Origin: Phycisphaera mikurensis NBRC 102666
Lineage (GTDB): Bacteria; Planctomycetota; Phycisphaerae; Phycisphaerales; Phycisphaeraceae
Length of the DNA: 32,000 nucleotides
NCBI RefSeq assembly: GCF_000284115.1
Contig: NC_017080.1
Coordinates: 540,001 to 572,000 of the forward strand
Reading direction: 5' to 3'
The position numbers and the translations under genes were made by a program. Positions 16,904-26,261 of this stretch are shown here, piece by piece. A model generated the notes under the pieces. The model did no database searches. It saw only the letters and a program-made list of their open reading frames with translations, and had not been told where the DNA came from. Numbering within the stretch: position 1 is the stretch's first letter; each line of letters begins with the position of its first letter.

Positions 16904-18463
16904 ATGCTCCTCAAGCCCATCCTGCGGAAACTGCTCAAGCACCCGCGGTCGGTCGCGGTCGTCGACGACCAGCGCAGCTTCTCGCACATCGCCATCGCCG
17001 TCGCGGCGGCCCACGTGAGCAGGGAGATCCTCAAGCGGACCGACAGGCCGCGCGTCGGGATCATGCTGCCCACCGGCGGCGGCTTCCCCATCGCCCTGCT
17101 CGCCTGCTGGATGGCGGGCAAGGTGCCGGTGCCGCTGAACTACCTGCTCGAGCGCGACGACATGCACCACGTCTTCGACGACGCGGGCGTGGACCTCTTG
17201 CTCACCGCGGGCAAGCTGCTCGACCACGTACGCGAGCACACCTCGGCCGACGCCATCCCCGAGTCGCTCGACCTGCTGACCCTCGAGACCCTGTCCTTCA
17301 AGGGCGTGCCGCCGGTCTGGCCGCTGCTCCGCGGTGCCATCACCGGGAAGGGCGCGGGCGGCAAGCTCCGCCCCGACGACCCCGGCGTGCTGCTCTACAC
17401 CTCCGGCACCAGCGGCAAGCCCAAGGGCGTCGTGCTCACCCACGGCAACCTGCACCACAACGTCACCGCCTGCATCGAGCACGCGGGCCTCAACGAGCGG
17501 ACGATCTTCCTGGGCGTTCTGCCGCAGTTCCACAGCTTCGGGCTCACGGTGCTCACGCTCGTGCCGCTGTTCATGGCCGCCCGCGCCGTCTACACCGCCC
17601 GCTTCGTGCCGCGCCGGCTCGTCGAGCTGATGAAGGAGCACAAGCCCAGCGTGTTCATCGCGGTGCCGTCGATGTGGAACGCGCTGCTGTCGGTCAAGAG
17701 CGCCGGCCCCGGCGACTTCGACTCGCTGCGCTACGGCATCGCCGGCGGCGAGAAGCTGCCCGCCGCGGTCCGCGACCGGGTGCAGGACCGCTTCGGCGTG
17801 AAGCTGATGGAGGGCTATGGCCTCACCGAGACCAGCCCAGTGAGCAACTGGAGCACGCACGAGTGCTACCGCGAGGGCTCGGTCGGTTGCGCTCTGCCGG
17901 GCGTGGGCAACTGGATCCTCGACGAAGCCGGCGAGCCGCTGCCCGTCGGGGAGGAGGGCGAGATCGGCCTCTCCGGACCGAGCATCATGCAGGGCTACTT
18001 CAACCTGCCCGAGCTCACCGCGCAGGCGATGACGCGGGTGACCGGGCCCGACGGGCAGGAGGTCCGCGTGTTCAAGACCGGCGACATCGGGAAGATCGAC
18101 GCCGACGGCTTCCTCTTCATCACCGGCCGGAAGAAGGAGATGCTCATCGTCGGGGGCGAGAACGTCTTCCCCCGCGAGATCGAGGAGGTGCTCGACGCGC
18201 ACCCCTCGGTCCACGCCTCCGCCGTCATCGGCCGGCAGGACGACAGCCGCGGCGAGGTGCCCGTCGCCTTCGTCGAGCTCTGCGATGACCACCCCTTCGA
18301 CGCGAGCGAGGCCCGCACGTACTGCCGCAAGAACCTGGCCCCTTTCAAGGTGCCGCGCGACATCCACGTCGTCGAGAAGCTCCCGCGGAACCCGACCGGC
18401 AAGATCCTCCGGCGGGCGCTGGCCGAGCCGGAAAGGGCCCAGAGCCCCGAGGCGTCGGACTGA
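16904..18463 (+). CDS. AMP-dependent synthetase/ligase (acyl-CoA/acyl-ACP ligase-like)
   Basis: LLYTSGTSGKPKGVVLTHGNLHHN, MEGYGLTETSPV, FKTGDIGKIDADGFLFITGRKKEMLIVGGENVFPREIEEVL, LPRNPTGKILRR: all core ANL motifs. Confidence 0.93.
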   Translation: MLLKPILRKLLKHPRSVAVVDDQRSFSHIAIAVAAAHVSREILKRTDRPRVGIMLPTGGGFPIALLACWMAGKVPVPLNYLLERDDMHHVFDDAGVDLLLTAGKLLDHVREHTSADAIPESLDLLTLETLSFKGVPPVWPLLRGAITGKGAGGKLRPDDPGVLLYTSGTSGKPKGVVLTHGNLHHNVTACIEHAGLNERTIFLGVLPQFHSFGLTVLTLVPLFMAARAVYTARFVPRRLVELMKEHKPSVFIAVPSMWNALLSVKSAGPGDFDSLRYGIAGGEKLPAAVRDRVQDRFGVKLMEGYGLTETSPVSNWSTHECYREGSVGCALPGVGNWILDEAGEPLPVGEEGEIGLSGPSIMQGYFNLPELTAQAMTRVTGPDGQEVRVFKTGDIGKIDADGFLFITGRKKEMLIVGGENVFPREIEEVLDAHPSVHASAVIGRQDDSRGEVPVAFVELCDDHPFDASEARTYCRKNLAPFKVPRDIHVVEKLPRNPTGKILRRALAEPERAQSPEASD

Positions 18464-18488
18464 TCCCGCGACGCCGAGCCGCTCCCGC

Positions 18489-19127
18489 ATGCCCCTCCTC
18501 CACCGCTTCCTCGAGACACAGGCCCTCCGAAACGACCGCTTCACCGGCCTGTGGCGGAAGCGCTGCCGGCCGGACAGCGTCGCCTACGCCGCCTGGCTCC
18601 GCGCGCACGGCGGCCTGCACGCGATGGGCCCCGACTGCCTGATCAACTTCGACGTCACGATCACCGACCCGGCCTACACGCGGCTGGGCCGCGGCGTGTG
18701 CCTCGCCACCTGCTCGCTGATCGGCCACGACGCCTCGGTCGCGGTGCTCAACCCCGCGTACGGCGTCAAGCTCGACGCCGTCGGCAAGATCGACGTCGGC
18801 GACCACGTCTTCATCGGCCACCAGGCGATCGTGCTCGCCGGCGTGACGATCGGCGAGCGGTCGATCGTGGCGGCGGGCGCCGTCGTCAGCAAGGACGTGC
18901 CCGCCGGCAGCATCGTCGGCGGCGTCCCGGCGAGAGTCATCGGGCAGACCGACGAGCTCGTCGAGAAGCTGAAGGCGAAGACCGCGGAGCTGCCGTGGGC
19001 GGACCTGATCGCCAAGCGCGAGGGTGGCTTCGACCCGGCGATGGAGCCCGAGCTGGTGCGGAGGCGGGTGGCGCATTTTTTCGCTCCGCGGGCTGCGCCC
19101 GCGGCGCGGGACGAGCGACGGGACTGA
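18489..19127 (+). CDS. Left-handed beta-helix (hexapeptide repeat) acyltransferase
   Basis: Hexapeptide rungs: IDVGDHVFIGHQAIVLAGVTIGERSIVAAGAVVSKDVPAGSIVGGVPARVIG. 25-bp gap after the ligase gene. Confidence 0.85.
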   Translation: MPLLHRFLETQALRNDRFTGLWRKRCRPDSVAYAAWLRAHGGLHAMGPDCLINFDVTITDPAYTRLGRGVCLATCSLIGHDASVAVLNPAYGVKLDAVGKIDVGDHVFIGHQAIVLAGVTIGERSIVAAGAVVSKDVPAGSIVGGVPARVIGQTDELVEKLKAKTAELPWADLIAKREGGFDPAMEPELVRRRVAHFFAPRAAPAARDERRD

Positions 19128-19332
19128 TCGGGCTTCGGCCGGCGAAGCCGGCCGGCGCGGCGACTCCGTCGGCTTCTTCGCAGCGGCAGCGCCGAGCAGC
19201 GGCGGGACTTGGCTTCGCGGGTTGCTGCCTCTCCGCACGCCGCGGGGAAGGAACCCGGCGTGCACGCAGCGGCGGCTCTGCCGACGCGGAGGCGCAGACC
19301 GTCCACCGAGAGCGAGCGCAGCGACGCGAAGG

Positions 19333-20886
19333 TCAACCCGCCGCAGGCGGAAGCAGATCGCAGATCTGCGACAGATCCTCCACCATCGCCCGCTCCATGT
19401 CTTCGCCGGCCTGCGGCGTGTAGGCCCGCAGGATCGCCGAGGGGTGGTAGGTCGCCAGCGTGTGCGGGGCCCAGCGGGTGCGGCTGACCTCGCCGTGCTG
19501 CTTCGTGATCTTGAAGCCGGTGCCGAAGAGGGCGCGGGCGGCGGTCGCGCCCAGCGCGACCACCACGGTCGGCTTGATGGTGTCCAGCTCGGCCTCGAGC
19601 CAGGGCATGCACGCGGTGATCTCGCGAGCGGCCGGTTTGGCGTGGATCCGCCGCTTCCCGCGGGGCTCGAATTTGAAGTGCTTCACCGCGTTGGTGACGT
19701 AGACCGTCGAGCGGTCCACGCCCGCCCGCTCCAGGATCCCGTCGAGCTTCTGCCCGGCGGGGCCGATGAACGGCTCGCCCTGCAGGTCCTCGTTGTCGCC
19801 GGGCTGCTCGCCCACGAGCACGACCTTCGCGTTCTGCGGGCCGACGCCGAAGACCGTCTGCGTGGCGGGGCTGAAGAGCGGACAGCCGCGGCAGCCTCTC
19901 GCCGCCTCGGCGAGCACGTCCAGCGATCGCTCCTCCGGCACGAAGGGCGCGGCGGAGTTCGCGGTGGGCTCATGCGGAGCCGGTTCATCGCCGCCGAAAA
20001 GACTGCCGGAGGGTGCGGTCATCGCGGGATCGGTAGGAGGGAGCGGGCCGATCGGCTCGCGCGTGGCCCCGAGGCTGCTCTTGCGGAAGGCCTCGAGCCG
20101 CTCGGGCACCTCGGCGAGCATGTCGGGGATCTGCCTCGTCTCCGGCAGCGTCGCCCAGTGCTTCAGCGGCATCTCCGCCCGCATCGCTCTGAGCATCACC
20201 CGCGCCGGGTTGAACACGCTGCGGTAGTAGGCGAGCCAGGCCGCCTCGAAGCCGTCGCCGTCGCCGGACGTCGCCTCGGCGACCTCCTCGTCGGTGAGGC
20301 CCGGCTTGAAGTCGAGCTCCCGCGTGTCCCAGTGCACGCAGTCGTCCGGCGTCAGGATCGACCATCGCATCGCCGGGAACCGCTTCCTGAAGAAGCCGCT
20401 CTCGCGTCGCACGATGAGGTGATCCGGCCGGTGGAAGGCCACGTAACGCGGCTCGTCGAAGCCCGGCTCGGGCACCTCCCGGAAGCGCACGAACGCGTGC
20501 ATCTTGTGGGCGTCCCGGCGGATCGCCTTCTCCATCACGCGGGCCGCCCGCACGTCGTCGTCGGCGTGGTCCTCGAGCAGCGTCGCGCCCTCCCGCGAGA
20601 GCCGGAAGAGCAGCCGGTAGAGCAGCGGCCACTTCGCCGGGTCCCGGTGGCACGCCACGGTCTCCCCGAGCGGGAGGAAGGCCCGTGCCACCCGCGGACC
20701 GTCGGCGTTTCCGGCCGTGGGGGCCGACGGTCCGCGGCTCGGTTCAGGCGGTCCGAACAGGGGGTCCGCTTCGCTGAGCCGCAGGTCGTGCCAGGCGATC
20801 GAGGCGGGCGTCTCCCCCGCCGTCAGCGCCGCCCGGGCGTGCCCACGCCAAGCCGCCCAGCTCCCATCGAAGGCGATCGTCCGCAC
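19333..20886 (-). CDS. udgX: Fusion protein: N-terminal DUF4130 (TIGR03915-like) plus C-terminal UdgX-family uracil-DNA binding/glycosylase domain
   Basis: N-term MRTIAFDGSWAAWRG...HKMHAFVRFREV...FRKRFPAMRWSILTPDDCVHWD...MRAEMPLKHWATLPE. C-term CRGCPLFSPATQTVFGVGPQNAKVVLVGEQPGDNEDLQGEPFIGPAGQKLD...TNAVKHFKFEPRGKRRIHAKP...ATYHPSAILR. The KRRIH loop is the UdgX hallmark. Confidence 0.92.
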   Translation of the reverse strand: MRTIAFDGSWAAWRGHARAALTAGETPASIAWHDLRLSEADPLFGPPEPSRGPSAPTAGNADGPRVARAFLPLGETVACHRDPAKWPLLYRLLFRLSREGATLLEDHADDDVRAARVMEKAIRRDAHKMHAFVRFREVPEPGFDEPRYVAFHRPDHLIVRRESGFFRKRFPAMRWSILTPDDCVHWDTRELDFKPGLTDEEVAEATSGDGDGFEAAWLAYYRSVFNPARVMLRAMRAEMPLKHWATLPETRQIPDMLAEVPERLEAFRKSSLGATREPIGPLPPTDPAMTAPSGSLFGGDEPAPHEPTANSAAPFVPEERSLDVLAEAARGCRGCPLFSPATQTVFGVGPQNAKVVLVGEQPGDNEDLQGEPFIGPAGQKLDGILERAGVDRSTVYVTNAVKHFKFEPRGKRRIHAKPAAREITACMPWLEAELDTIKPTVVVALGATAARALFGTGFKITKQHGEVSRTRWAPHTLATYHPSAILRAYTPQAGEDMERAMVEDLSQICDLLPPAAG

Positions 20887-20951
20887 GGGCGACGCTAGCG
20901 CGCGCCGTAGGAAGACGCGGCATCGCCCGCCGCCTCCGTACGATCCCGCGC

Positions 20952-21851
20952 ATGAACCCCCAGCGCATCCGCGTCGCCAGCTGCCAGTACTTCATCCGGC
21001 CGGTCGAACGCTTCGAGCAGTTCGAGGCCCAGGTGGAGGGGCTCGTCGACACGGCGGCGGATTACGGCGTGAAGCTGCTGGTCTTCCCCGAGTACTTCAC
21101 CTGCCAGCTGCTGACCACGCTGGGCACGCGCGACAAGCCGATCGACCGTCAGGTGCGCCACCTCGCCGAGCTGGAGGGCCGCATCGTGGAGATGTTCCAG
21201 CGGCTCGCGAAGAAGAGCGGCATGTACATCGTCGGCGGCACGCTGCCCGCGGTCGACCCGCCCGACCTGGAGACGCTCTACAACGAGTGCTACCTCTACG
21301 CCCCCAGCGGCGAGTGGGAGGTGCAGGGCAAGATCCACATGACCCGCTTCGAGAAGGAGGAGTGGCGGGTCAGCCCGCACACGACCTACCGCGTTTTCGA
21401 CACCGAGCTGGGCAGGATCGCGATCAACATCTGCTACGACGTCGAGTTCCCCGAGCTCGCCCGCGCGGCGGCGCTGCGGGGTGCGAACATCCTGGTCGTT
21501 CCCTCGTGCACGGACGAGCGGCAGGGCTTCCTCCGCGTCCGCTACTGCGCCGCGGCGCGGGCCATCGAGAACCAGATGTACGTGGTCCACTCCGGCACCG
21601 TCGGCAGCCTCCCGAACATCCCCGCGGTCAGCCTCAACTACGGGCAGGCGAGCATCCTCTCGCCCAGCGACTTCGGCTTCGGCCGCGACGGCGTCATCGC
21701 CGAGGGCGTGCCCAACCAGGAGTCGCTGATCATCGGTGAGGTCGACCTGGCCCTGCTGCAGGAGCGCCGCGACAGCGGCACGGTGCTCCCGCTGGAGGAC
21801 GCCCGCAGCGCCAAGAGCTACCGCGACGCCACGGAGGTGGTGAGCCTTTGA
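20952..21851 (+). CDS. Carbon-nitrogen hydrolase (nitrilase superfamily)
   Basis: E-K-C triad: LLVFPEYFT, GKIHMTRFE, INICYDVEFPELARAAALRGANILVVPSC. Confidence 0.93.
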   Translation: MNPQRIRVASCQYFIRPVERFEQFEAQVEGLVDTAADYGVKLLVFPEYFTCQLLTTLGTRDKPIDRQVRHLAELEGRIVEMFQRLAKKSGMYIVGGTLPAVDPPDLETLYNECYLYAPSGEWEVQGKIHMTRFEKEEWRVSPHTTYRVFDTELGRIAINICYDVEFPELARAAALRGANILVVPSCTDERQGFLRVRYCAAARAIENQMYVVHSGTVGSLPNIPAVSLNYGQASILSPSDFGFGRDGVIAEGVPNQESLIIGEVDLALLQERRDSGTVLPLEDARSAKSYRDATEVVSL

Positions 21852-22585
21852 ACGCGGAGAGTCCCATCGGTCCGGGGGGAACCGACGGGTCGCGGACCAG
21901 CGGGGAGGTCATCGAGGTGCTCCCGGCTCAGGCTCAGGCTCCGGCGGCTGGCCCGGGCCTGCGGGTGCGGCACACCGCCGTCCGCGACTTCCCCCGGATC
22001 CGCGAGATCTGCCACGCCTGCTACCCCGCCGCGAAGCCGTGGAGCCCGGGCACGCTCATGCAGCACCTGGAGATCTTCGCCCGCGGCCAGCTCGTCGTGG
22101 TGGACGCCGCAACCGACCGCGTCGTCGGCAGCGCCAGCAGCCTCGTGGTCCATTGGAGCGACTACGGCACCGGTCACACCTGGAACCAGATCACCGGCGA
22201 CGGCACCTTCCGCACGCACGACAGCACCGGCACCACGCTCTACGGAGCGGACGTCATCGTCGACCCCGCCGCCCAGGGCCGCGGCGTCGGGAAGCTGCTT
22301 TACGCCGCCCGACGCCAGGTCGCCGCCGACCTGAACCTCAGCCGCATCCGCGCGATGGCCCGCCTGCAGGGCTACCACCTCGTCGCCGACCGCATGACCC
22401 CCGCGGAGTACGCCGCGGGCATCGCCGAAGGCCGCTGGACCGACCCCACCGTCAGCTTCCAGGTCAAGCAGGGCTTCCGGCTGCTGAAGGTCGCCAGCGG
22501 CTACATGAGCGACGACGACCGCAGCCAGGGCCACGCCGTCGTCATCGAGTGGCTGAACCCGGCCTACGACGCGCAGCTCGGCTGA
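21848..22585 (+). CDS. GNAT family N-acetyltransferase
   Basis: LRVRHTAVRDFPRIREICHACYP...VVGSASSLVVHWSDYG...LYGADVIVDPAAQGRGVGKLLYAARRQVA. TTG start overlaps the hydrolase stop (TTGA). Confidence 0.85.
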   Translation: MNAESPIGPGGTDGSRTSGEVIEVLPAQAQAPAAGPGLRVRHTAVRDFPRIREICHACYPAAKPWSPGTLMQHLEIFARGQLVVVDAATDRVVGSASSLVVHWSDYGTGHTWNQITGDGTFRTHDSTGTTLYGADVIVDPAAQGRGVGKLLYAARRQVAADLNLSRIRAMARLQGYHLVADRMTPAEYAAGIAEGRWTDPTVSFQVKQGFRLLKVASGYMSDDDRSQGHAVVIEWLNPAYDAQLG

Positions 22586-22663
22586 GCCGCCGCGTCGGGG
22601 GTCCCGCGCCCCGCCCGAACCGGCCGCGTCGCCCGCGCCCGCGTCGCTGGGTACCCCCCGCCC

Positions 22664-23350
22664 TCAGGCGATGCCGATGACCTTGTGGGTCTGGACCGAG
22701 AGGCGCCAAGCGGGGTTCGCCAGGCAGTAGGCGACCGCCAGCTGGGTGTTCTCCGCCTGCGCCGGGCCATCCATCGGCTGGAGCAGGCGGTGGCGGAACC
22801 CTAAGGCGTTCAGCGACTCGGGTCGGAGTGCCGGCTGGGGGTAGACGAGCTTGAGCTCGTCGCCGCCGCCGAGGGCCAGCGGCTGGCCGGCCTTGGGCGA
22901 GACGGTGACCCAGTCGGGCGCGGGATCGGGCAGCGGCCGCGTGCCGTTGGTCTCGACGGCGACCTCGAAGCCGCGGGCCCGCAGCGCAGCGATCGCCGGG
23001 CCGTCGAGCTGCAGCAGCGGCTCGCCGCCGGTGCAGACGACGAAGCGGTGCTCGGACCGGCGACCCCAGCATTCCGCGGCGGCGTCGGCGAGCGCCTCGG
23101 GGCCGCGGAAGGTGCCGCCGCCGGGGCCGTCGGTGCCGACGAAGTCGGTGTCGCAGAAGCGGCACGCGGCGGTGGCCCGGTCCGCCTCCCGGCCGCTCCA
23201 GAGGTTGCAGCCGGCGAAGCGCAGGAACACGGCGGCCCGGCCGGCGTGGATGCCCTCGCCCTGCAGGGTGAGGTGCATCTCCTTCACGCGGTACGCGCGG
23301 TCGCGGGCGGAGGCGGGAGCCGCGGCGAGTTCGAGGGGGGCAGGGTCCAT
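22664..23350 (-). CDS. queE: 7-carboxy-7-deazaguanine synthase (radical SAM)
   Basis: MHLTLQGEGIHAGRAAVFLRFAGCNLWSGREADRATAACRFCDTDF: TLQGEG and CX14CX2C. VCTGGEPLLQLD, ETNGT, WVTVSPK. Start codon inferred. Confidence 0.92.
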   Translation of the reverse strand: MDPAPLELAAAPASARDRAYRVKEMHLTLQGEGIHAGRAAVFLRFAGCNLWSGREADRATAACRFCDTDFVGTDGPGGGTFRGPEALADAAAECWGRRSEHRFVVCTGGEPLLQLDGPAIAALRARGFEVAVETNGTRPLPDPAPDWVTVSPKAGQPLALGGGDELKLVYPQPALRPESLNALGFRHRLLQPMDGPAQAENTQLAVAYCLANPAWRLSVQTHKVIGIA

Positions 23351-23431
23351 GCGGGCGTCCCGAACGTAGCCCGCCGCCCGCGGTGGGGTAGCCTCTCCAC
23401 CGACCGCCATCCGCTCCGCCGGAGCCCCGCC

Positions 23432-24205
23432 ATGCCCGACTCCAAACGCCGCTTCCCCTCCGTCTGCCTCGCCCTGGCGGCCTGCTTCGCGCTGCTGCTG
23501 CCCGGCTGCGTGAAGTACAAGCAGACGACGACGGTGATGGCGGACGGCTCGGGGAAGATGGAGCTGGTCATGGGCATGAGCCTCGCGGAGCTCGCGCGGC
23601 TGGGGCCGGAGAAGGACCCCTTCGCCGCCCTGAGCGTCGAGGCCCTCGCCAAGAACCCGCAGGGCTTCGTCGCCTTCACCGAGCCCCGCGCCCGCGACGT
23701 CGACGGCTACCGCGTCGTCACCGTCACCGGCTACTTCGAGGACGTCAACCAGCTCGCCTTCGCCGGCGGCGGCATCGGCGGCGACCAAGAACTCGAAAGC
23801 GTCTCCTACACGCTCGCCGAATCGAGGCTGACGGTCCAGCGCCCGCTCGCCGGCCAGGCCGCCGCGGCTTTCCGCGACGAGCCGATGAGCCTCGAGAACC
23901 CGGAGCTGCGCCGCGTGCTGGCCCCGATGCTCGAAGGGCTCGAGCTCGAAGAGTCCTTCGTCGTTCCCGGGGCGGTCACCTCCGCCGGGCCGCTGGCCGC
24001 GGACGGCCGCCGGGCCACGGCGTCGGTGGCGGGCGCAGAGGTCCTCGACCGGCACGACGCCCTGCTCGACGCGTTCGCGCCGCTGGAGCGGCTGGAGATC
24101 GACTTCGAGCCGCAGGCCCTCTCGCCCTCCGCATCGGAGGCGTGGGCGCGGGAACTCAGCGACGCCAAGACGGATTGGGCGCGCCTCCTCGGAGCGGGCG
24201 GGTGA
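23432..24205 (+). CDS. Putative lipoprotein of unknown function
   Basis: MPDSKRRFPSVCLALAACFALLLPGCVKYKQTTTVMADGSGKMELVMGM: lipobox LLPGC; rest uncharacterised. Confidence 0.8.
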   Translation: MPDSKRRFPSVCLALAACFALLLPGCVKYKQTTTVMADGSGKMELVMGMSLAELARLGPEKDPFAALSVEALAKNPQGFVAFTEPRARDVDGYRVVTVTGYFEDVNQLAFAGGGIGGDQELESVSYTLAESRLTVQRPLAGQAAAAFRDEPMSLENPELRRVLAPMLEGLELEESFVVPGAVTSAGPLAADGRRATASVAGAEVLDRHDALLDAFAPLERLEIDFEPQALSPSASEAWARELSDAKTDWARLLGAGG

Positions 24206-25083
24206 GCCCCCCTGTGCGCCGGCGGTTCGCCTTGGCGTGGCTGGCGTGGCTGGCGTGCGGAGGCTTCCCGCTCGCCGGCTGCGTGCAGAGCCGGGTCGTC
24301 CACGACGGCTGGGCGGAGTTCGCTCGCGGGGCGGCGGCGGGGGGGGCGGACGTCAGGCTGGGGCGGGATCCCGACGCGGTGTCGGACCGGCTCGCCGCCC
24401 GCCGCGCCGGGCAGCGGGCGCACCGGCTCCGGCTCGCCGTCTTCGAGGGGCCCGACCGCATGGCCGACGGCCACGAGGCCGCGCTGTTCGCCCGGTCGGC
24501 GGGCGGCTTCGGCGGCGTCAGCCTCCTCGACGCCGACGGCGTGGCCGTCGTCTACGCGGGGCGTTACGCGGACAGCGCCGACCCCGCGGCGCGGAGAGCG
24601 CTCAAGCGGGCGAGGAGGCTGCAAGGCCCGGCCAACTCCGGCATGGCCGGGCGCAAGCCCTTCGCCGGAGCGCGGCTCGTCCCGCTGGCCGGCCCGCTCC
24701 GCGGCGCGGCGGCGGCCGCCCCGGCGGACCCGCTGGACCTCCGGGGCCACCCCGGCCTCTTCACCCTGCAGGTCGGCTTCTTCGACGACGCCGCCGAGCC
24801 GGACCGGCGGACCGCGGCCGAGCGGTGGGCCAACCGGCTCCGCCGCGACGAGAAGGTGGAGGCCTTCTACTACCACGGCCCCAACCGCTCGCTGGTGACC
24901 GTCGGCCTCTTCGCCCGCAGCGAGTTCGTGCAGGAGGGCCAGCAGGAGGGCTACCCGCTCGCGGCCCGCGAGCTCCAGAAGCGCTTCCCCCACAACCTGG
25001 GCAACGGCCACACGCTCGTGGAGAGGAGCGCGTCCGGCGAGGCGCTCGGGGAGCAGACCAGCAAGCTGGTGAAGACGCCCTGA
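24202..25083 (+). CDS. Putative lipoprotein, possibly with a SPOR-like C-terminal region
   Basis: GTG start overlaps the previous stop (GTGA). LAWLAWLACGGFPLAGC lipobox; GLFTLQVGFFDD...RRDEKVEAFYYHGPNRSLVTVGLFARSEF. Confidence 0.72.
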   Translation: MSPPVRRRFALAWLAWLACGGFPLAGCVQSRVVHDGWAEFARGAAAGGADVRLGRDPDAVSDRLAARRAGQRAHRLRLAVFEGPDRMADGHEAALFARSAGGFGGVSLLDADGVAVVYAGRYADSADPAARRALKRARRLQGPANSGMAGRKPFAGARLVPLAGPLRGAAAAAPADPLDLRGHPGLFTLQVGFFDDAAEPDRRTAAERWANRLRRDEKVEAFYYHGPNRSLVTVGLFARSEFVQEGQQEGYPLAARELQKRFPHNLGNGHTLVERSASGEALGEQTSKLVKTP

Positions 25084-25114
25084 GGCCCGGCGGGGCCGCC
25101 GGCGGACGCCCCGC

Positions 25115-25160
25115 CCGCGGACCGCGACGCCTCCGGTCGCCGGAGCCCCACGGTCCGCGG
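25115..25160. terminator. Nested hairpin between convergent genes, possible bidirectional terminator
   Basis: ccgcggaccg (25115-25124) pairs with cggtccgcgg (25151-25160); inner hairpin ctccgg-tcg-ccggag (25131-25145). Confidence 0.5.
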
Positions 25161-25239
25161 CGCGCACAGCGCCACGCCCCGCTCCCGCCGAATGCCCCGG
25201 CGGACACGGACACCCCGCCCGGGTGTTCAAAACGCTCCG

Positions 25240-26130
25240 TCAGCCGCCCTGCACGTAGATGTTCCGGTTCCGCAGGGTGGTGTCGAAGCGGCTGTTCCAC
25301 GTCTCGCTGGAGGCGTGGCCGTCGCCGAAGGCGACGTTGGCGACCTTGTCGCCGGCGTGCCGCCAGCGGATGTTCCCGGCGTTGCCGCCGCCGCTGTAGT
25401 TCTGCGCGTCCTCGTTGCTGCCGCCGTCGATGGAGGCGCCGAGGTCGATCGAGGGCGCGAGCAGCAGATTGTTCTGCGGGAGGCCGTCGCGGAAGTACGC
25501 GGTGTCCTGGAGCTTGTACGCGGTCGCGTTGGACTGCCAGGTGCCGGGCTGGGGATTGCTGAAGATCTGTACCCCGTCGAAGATCAGGGCGAGCGCCGCC
25601 GGCTCCCGGAGGTCGTACAGGCGGTAGGGCTCCGCCAGCCGCGGGTTCGGGCCGGTGTCGTAGGCGGGATCCAGGCGGGTGGGCCCGACCTGCGGCATGA
25701 TCCGCGGGTGGACGCTGTAGGTGAGCGGCAGGTCCCGGTCGGTCCCGGCGACGGTGCTCTCGATCGACTCGGGGCAGTGGAAGATCTTGCGGGCCGAGCC
25801 GGCGTCCGCGGTGGACGCGGAGTACGTCCCGTCGTCGGCCTCGATCGTCTTGCCGATCAGCGTCCGCCAGTCGCTGCCGGGGGCCACCGAGGTGAAGCCG
25901 TAGGGCAGCACCGCCTTGTTGTCCTCGGCGTAGATGTGGACCGCCTGCGCCATGCTCCGCAGCTGCGTGAGGCACAGCAGGTTCCGGGCGGAGGAGCGGG
26001 CGGCGCCCAGGGCGGGCAGGAGGATGCCGATGAGCAGGGCGATGATCGAGATCACCACCAGCAGCTCGATGAGCGTGAAGCCGCTCGGGCGGCGGGCGGG
26101 AGCCGGGGTGCGGTGAGGGCGCGAGATCAT
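25240..26130 (-). CDS. Prepilin-type N-terminal cleavage/methylation domain protein (pseudopilin-like)
   Basis: [71 protein letters not shown]...[20 protein letters not shown]. Confidence 0.92.
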   Translation of the reverse strand: MISRPHRTPAPARRPSGFTLIELLVVISIIALLIGILLPALGAARSSARNLLCLTQLRSMAQAVHIYAEDNKAVLPYGFTSVAPGSDWRTLIGKTIEADDGTYSASTADAGSARKIFHCPESIESTVAGTDRDLPLTYSVHPRIMPQVGPTRLDPAYDTGPNPRLAEPYRLYDLREPAALALIFDGVQIFSNPQPGTWQSNATAYKLQDTAYFRDGLPQNNLLLAPSIDLGASIDGGSNEDAQNYSGGGNAGNIRWRHAGDKVANVAFGDGHASSETWNSRFDTTLRNRNIYVQGG

Positions 26131-26261
26131 GAAGCGATCCGGGTGGGAGGTGGTGCGGGGCCCGCGATCGGGCGCCCCGTCGATCGGTTCGCGAGCCTTG
26201 GACGGCGGGCGTCCGTCGAAGCCGGGCGTCGGGCGGTGGGCCCGGGCCCGGAGGTGGGCGC

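Noticed and set aside
19128-19332. Clustered ggcttcg/cgaagcc inverted motifs between convergent genes
   Set aside because: Probably terminator or ordinary GC-rich intergenic structure; no clear stem plus T-tract and no ordered repeat, so not called as a feature.
19358-19371. Perfect palindrome TCGCAGATCTGCGA
   Set aside because: Lies inside the udgX coding region encoding SQICDL; a 14-bp palindrome alone is weak evidence of function.
23806-25230. 474-aa minus-strand ORF
   Set aside because: Antisense to both lipoprotein genes; no domain motifs.
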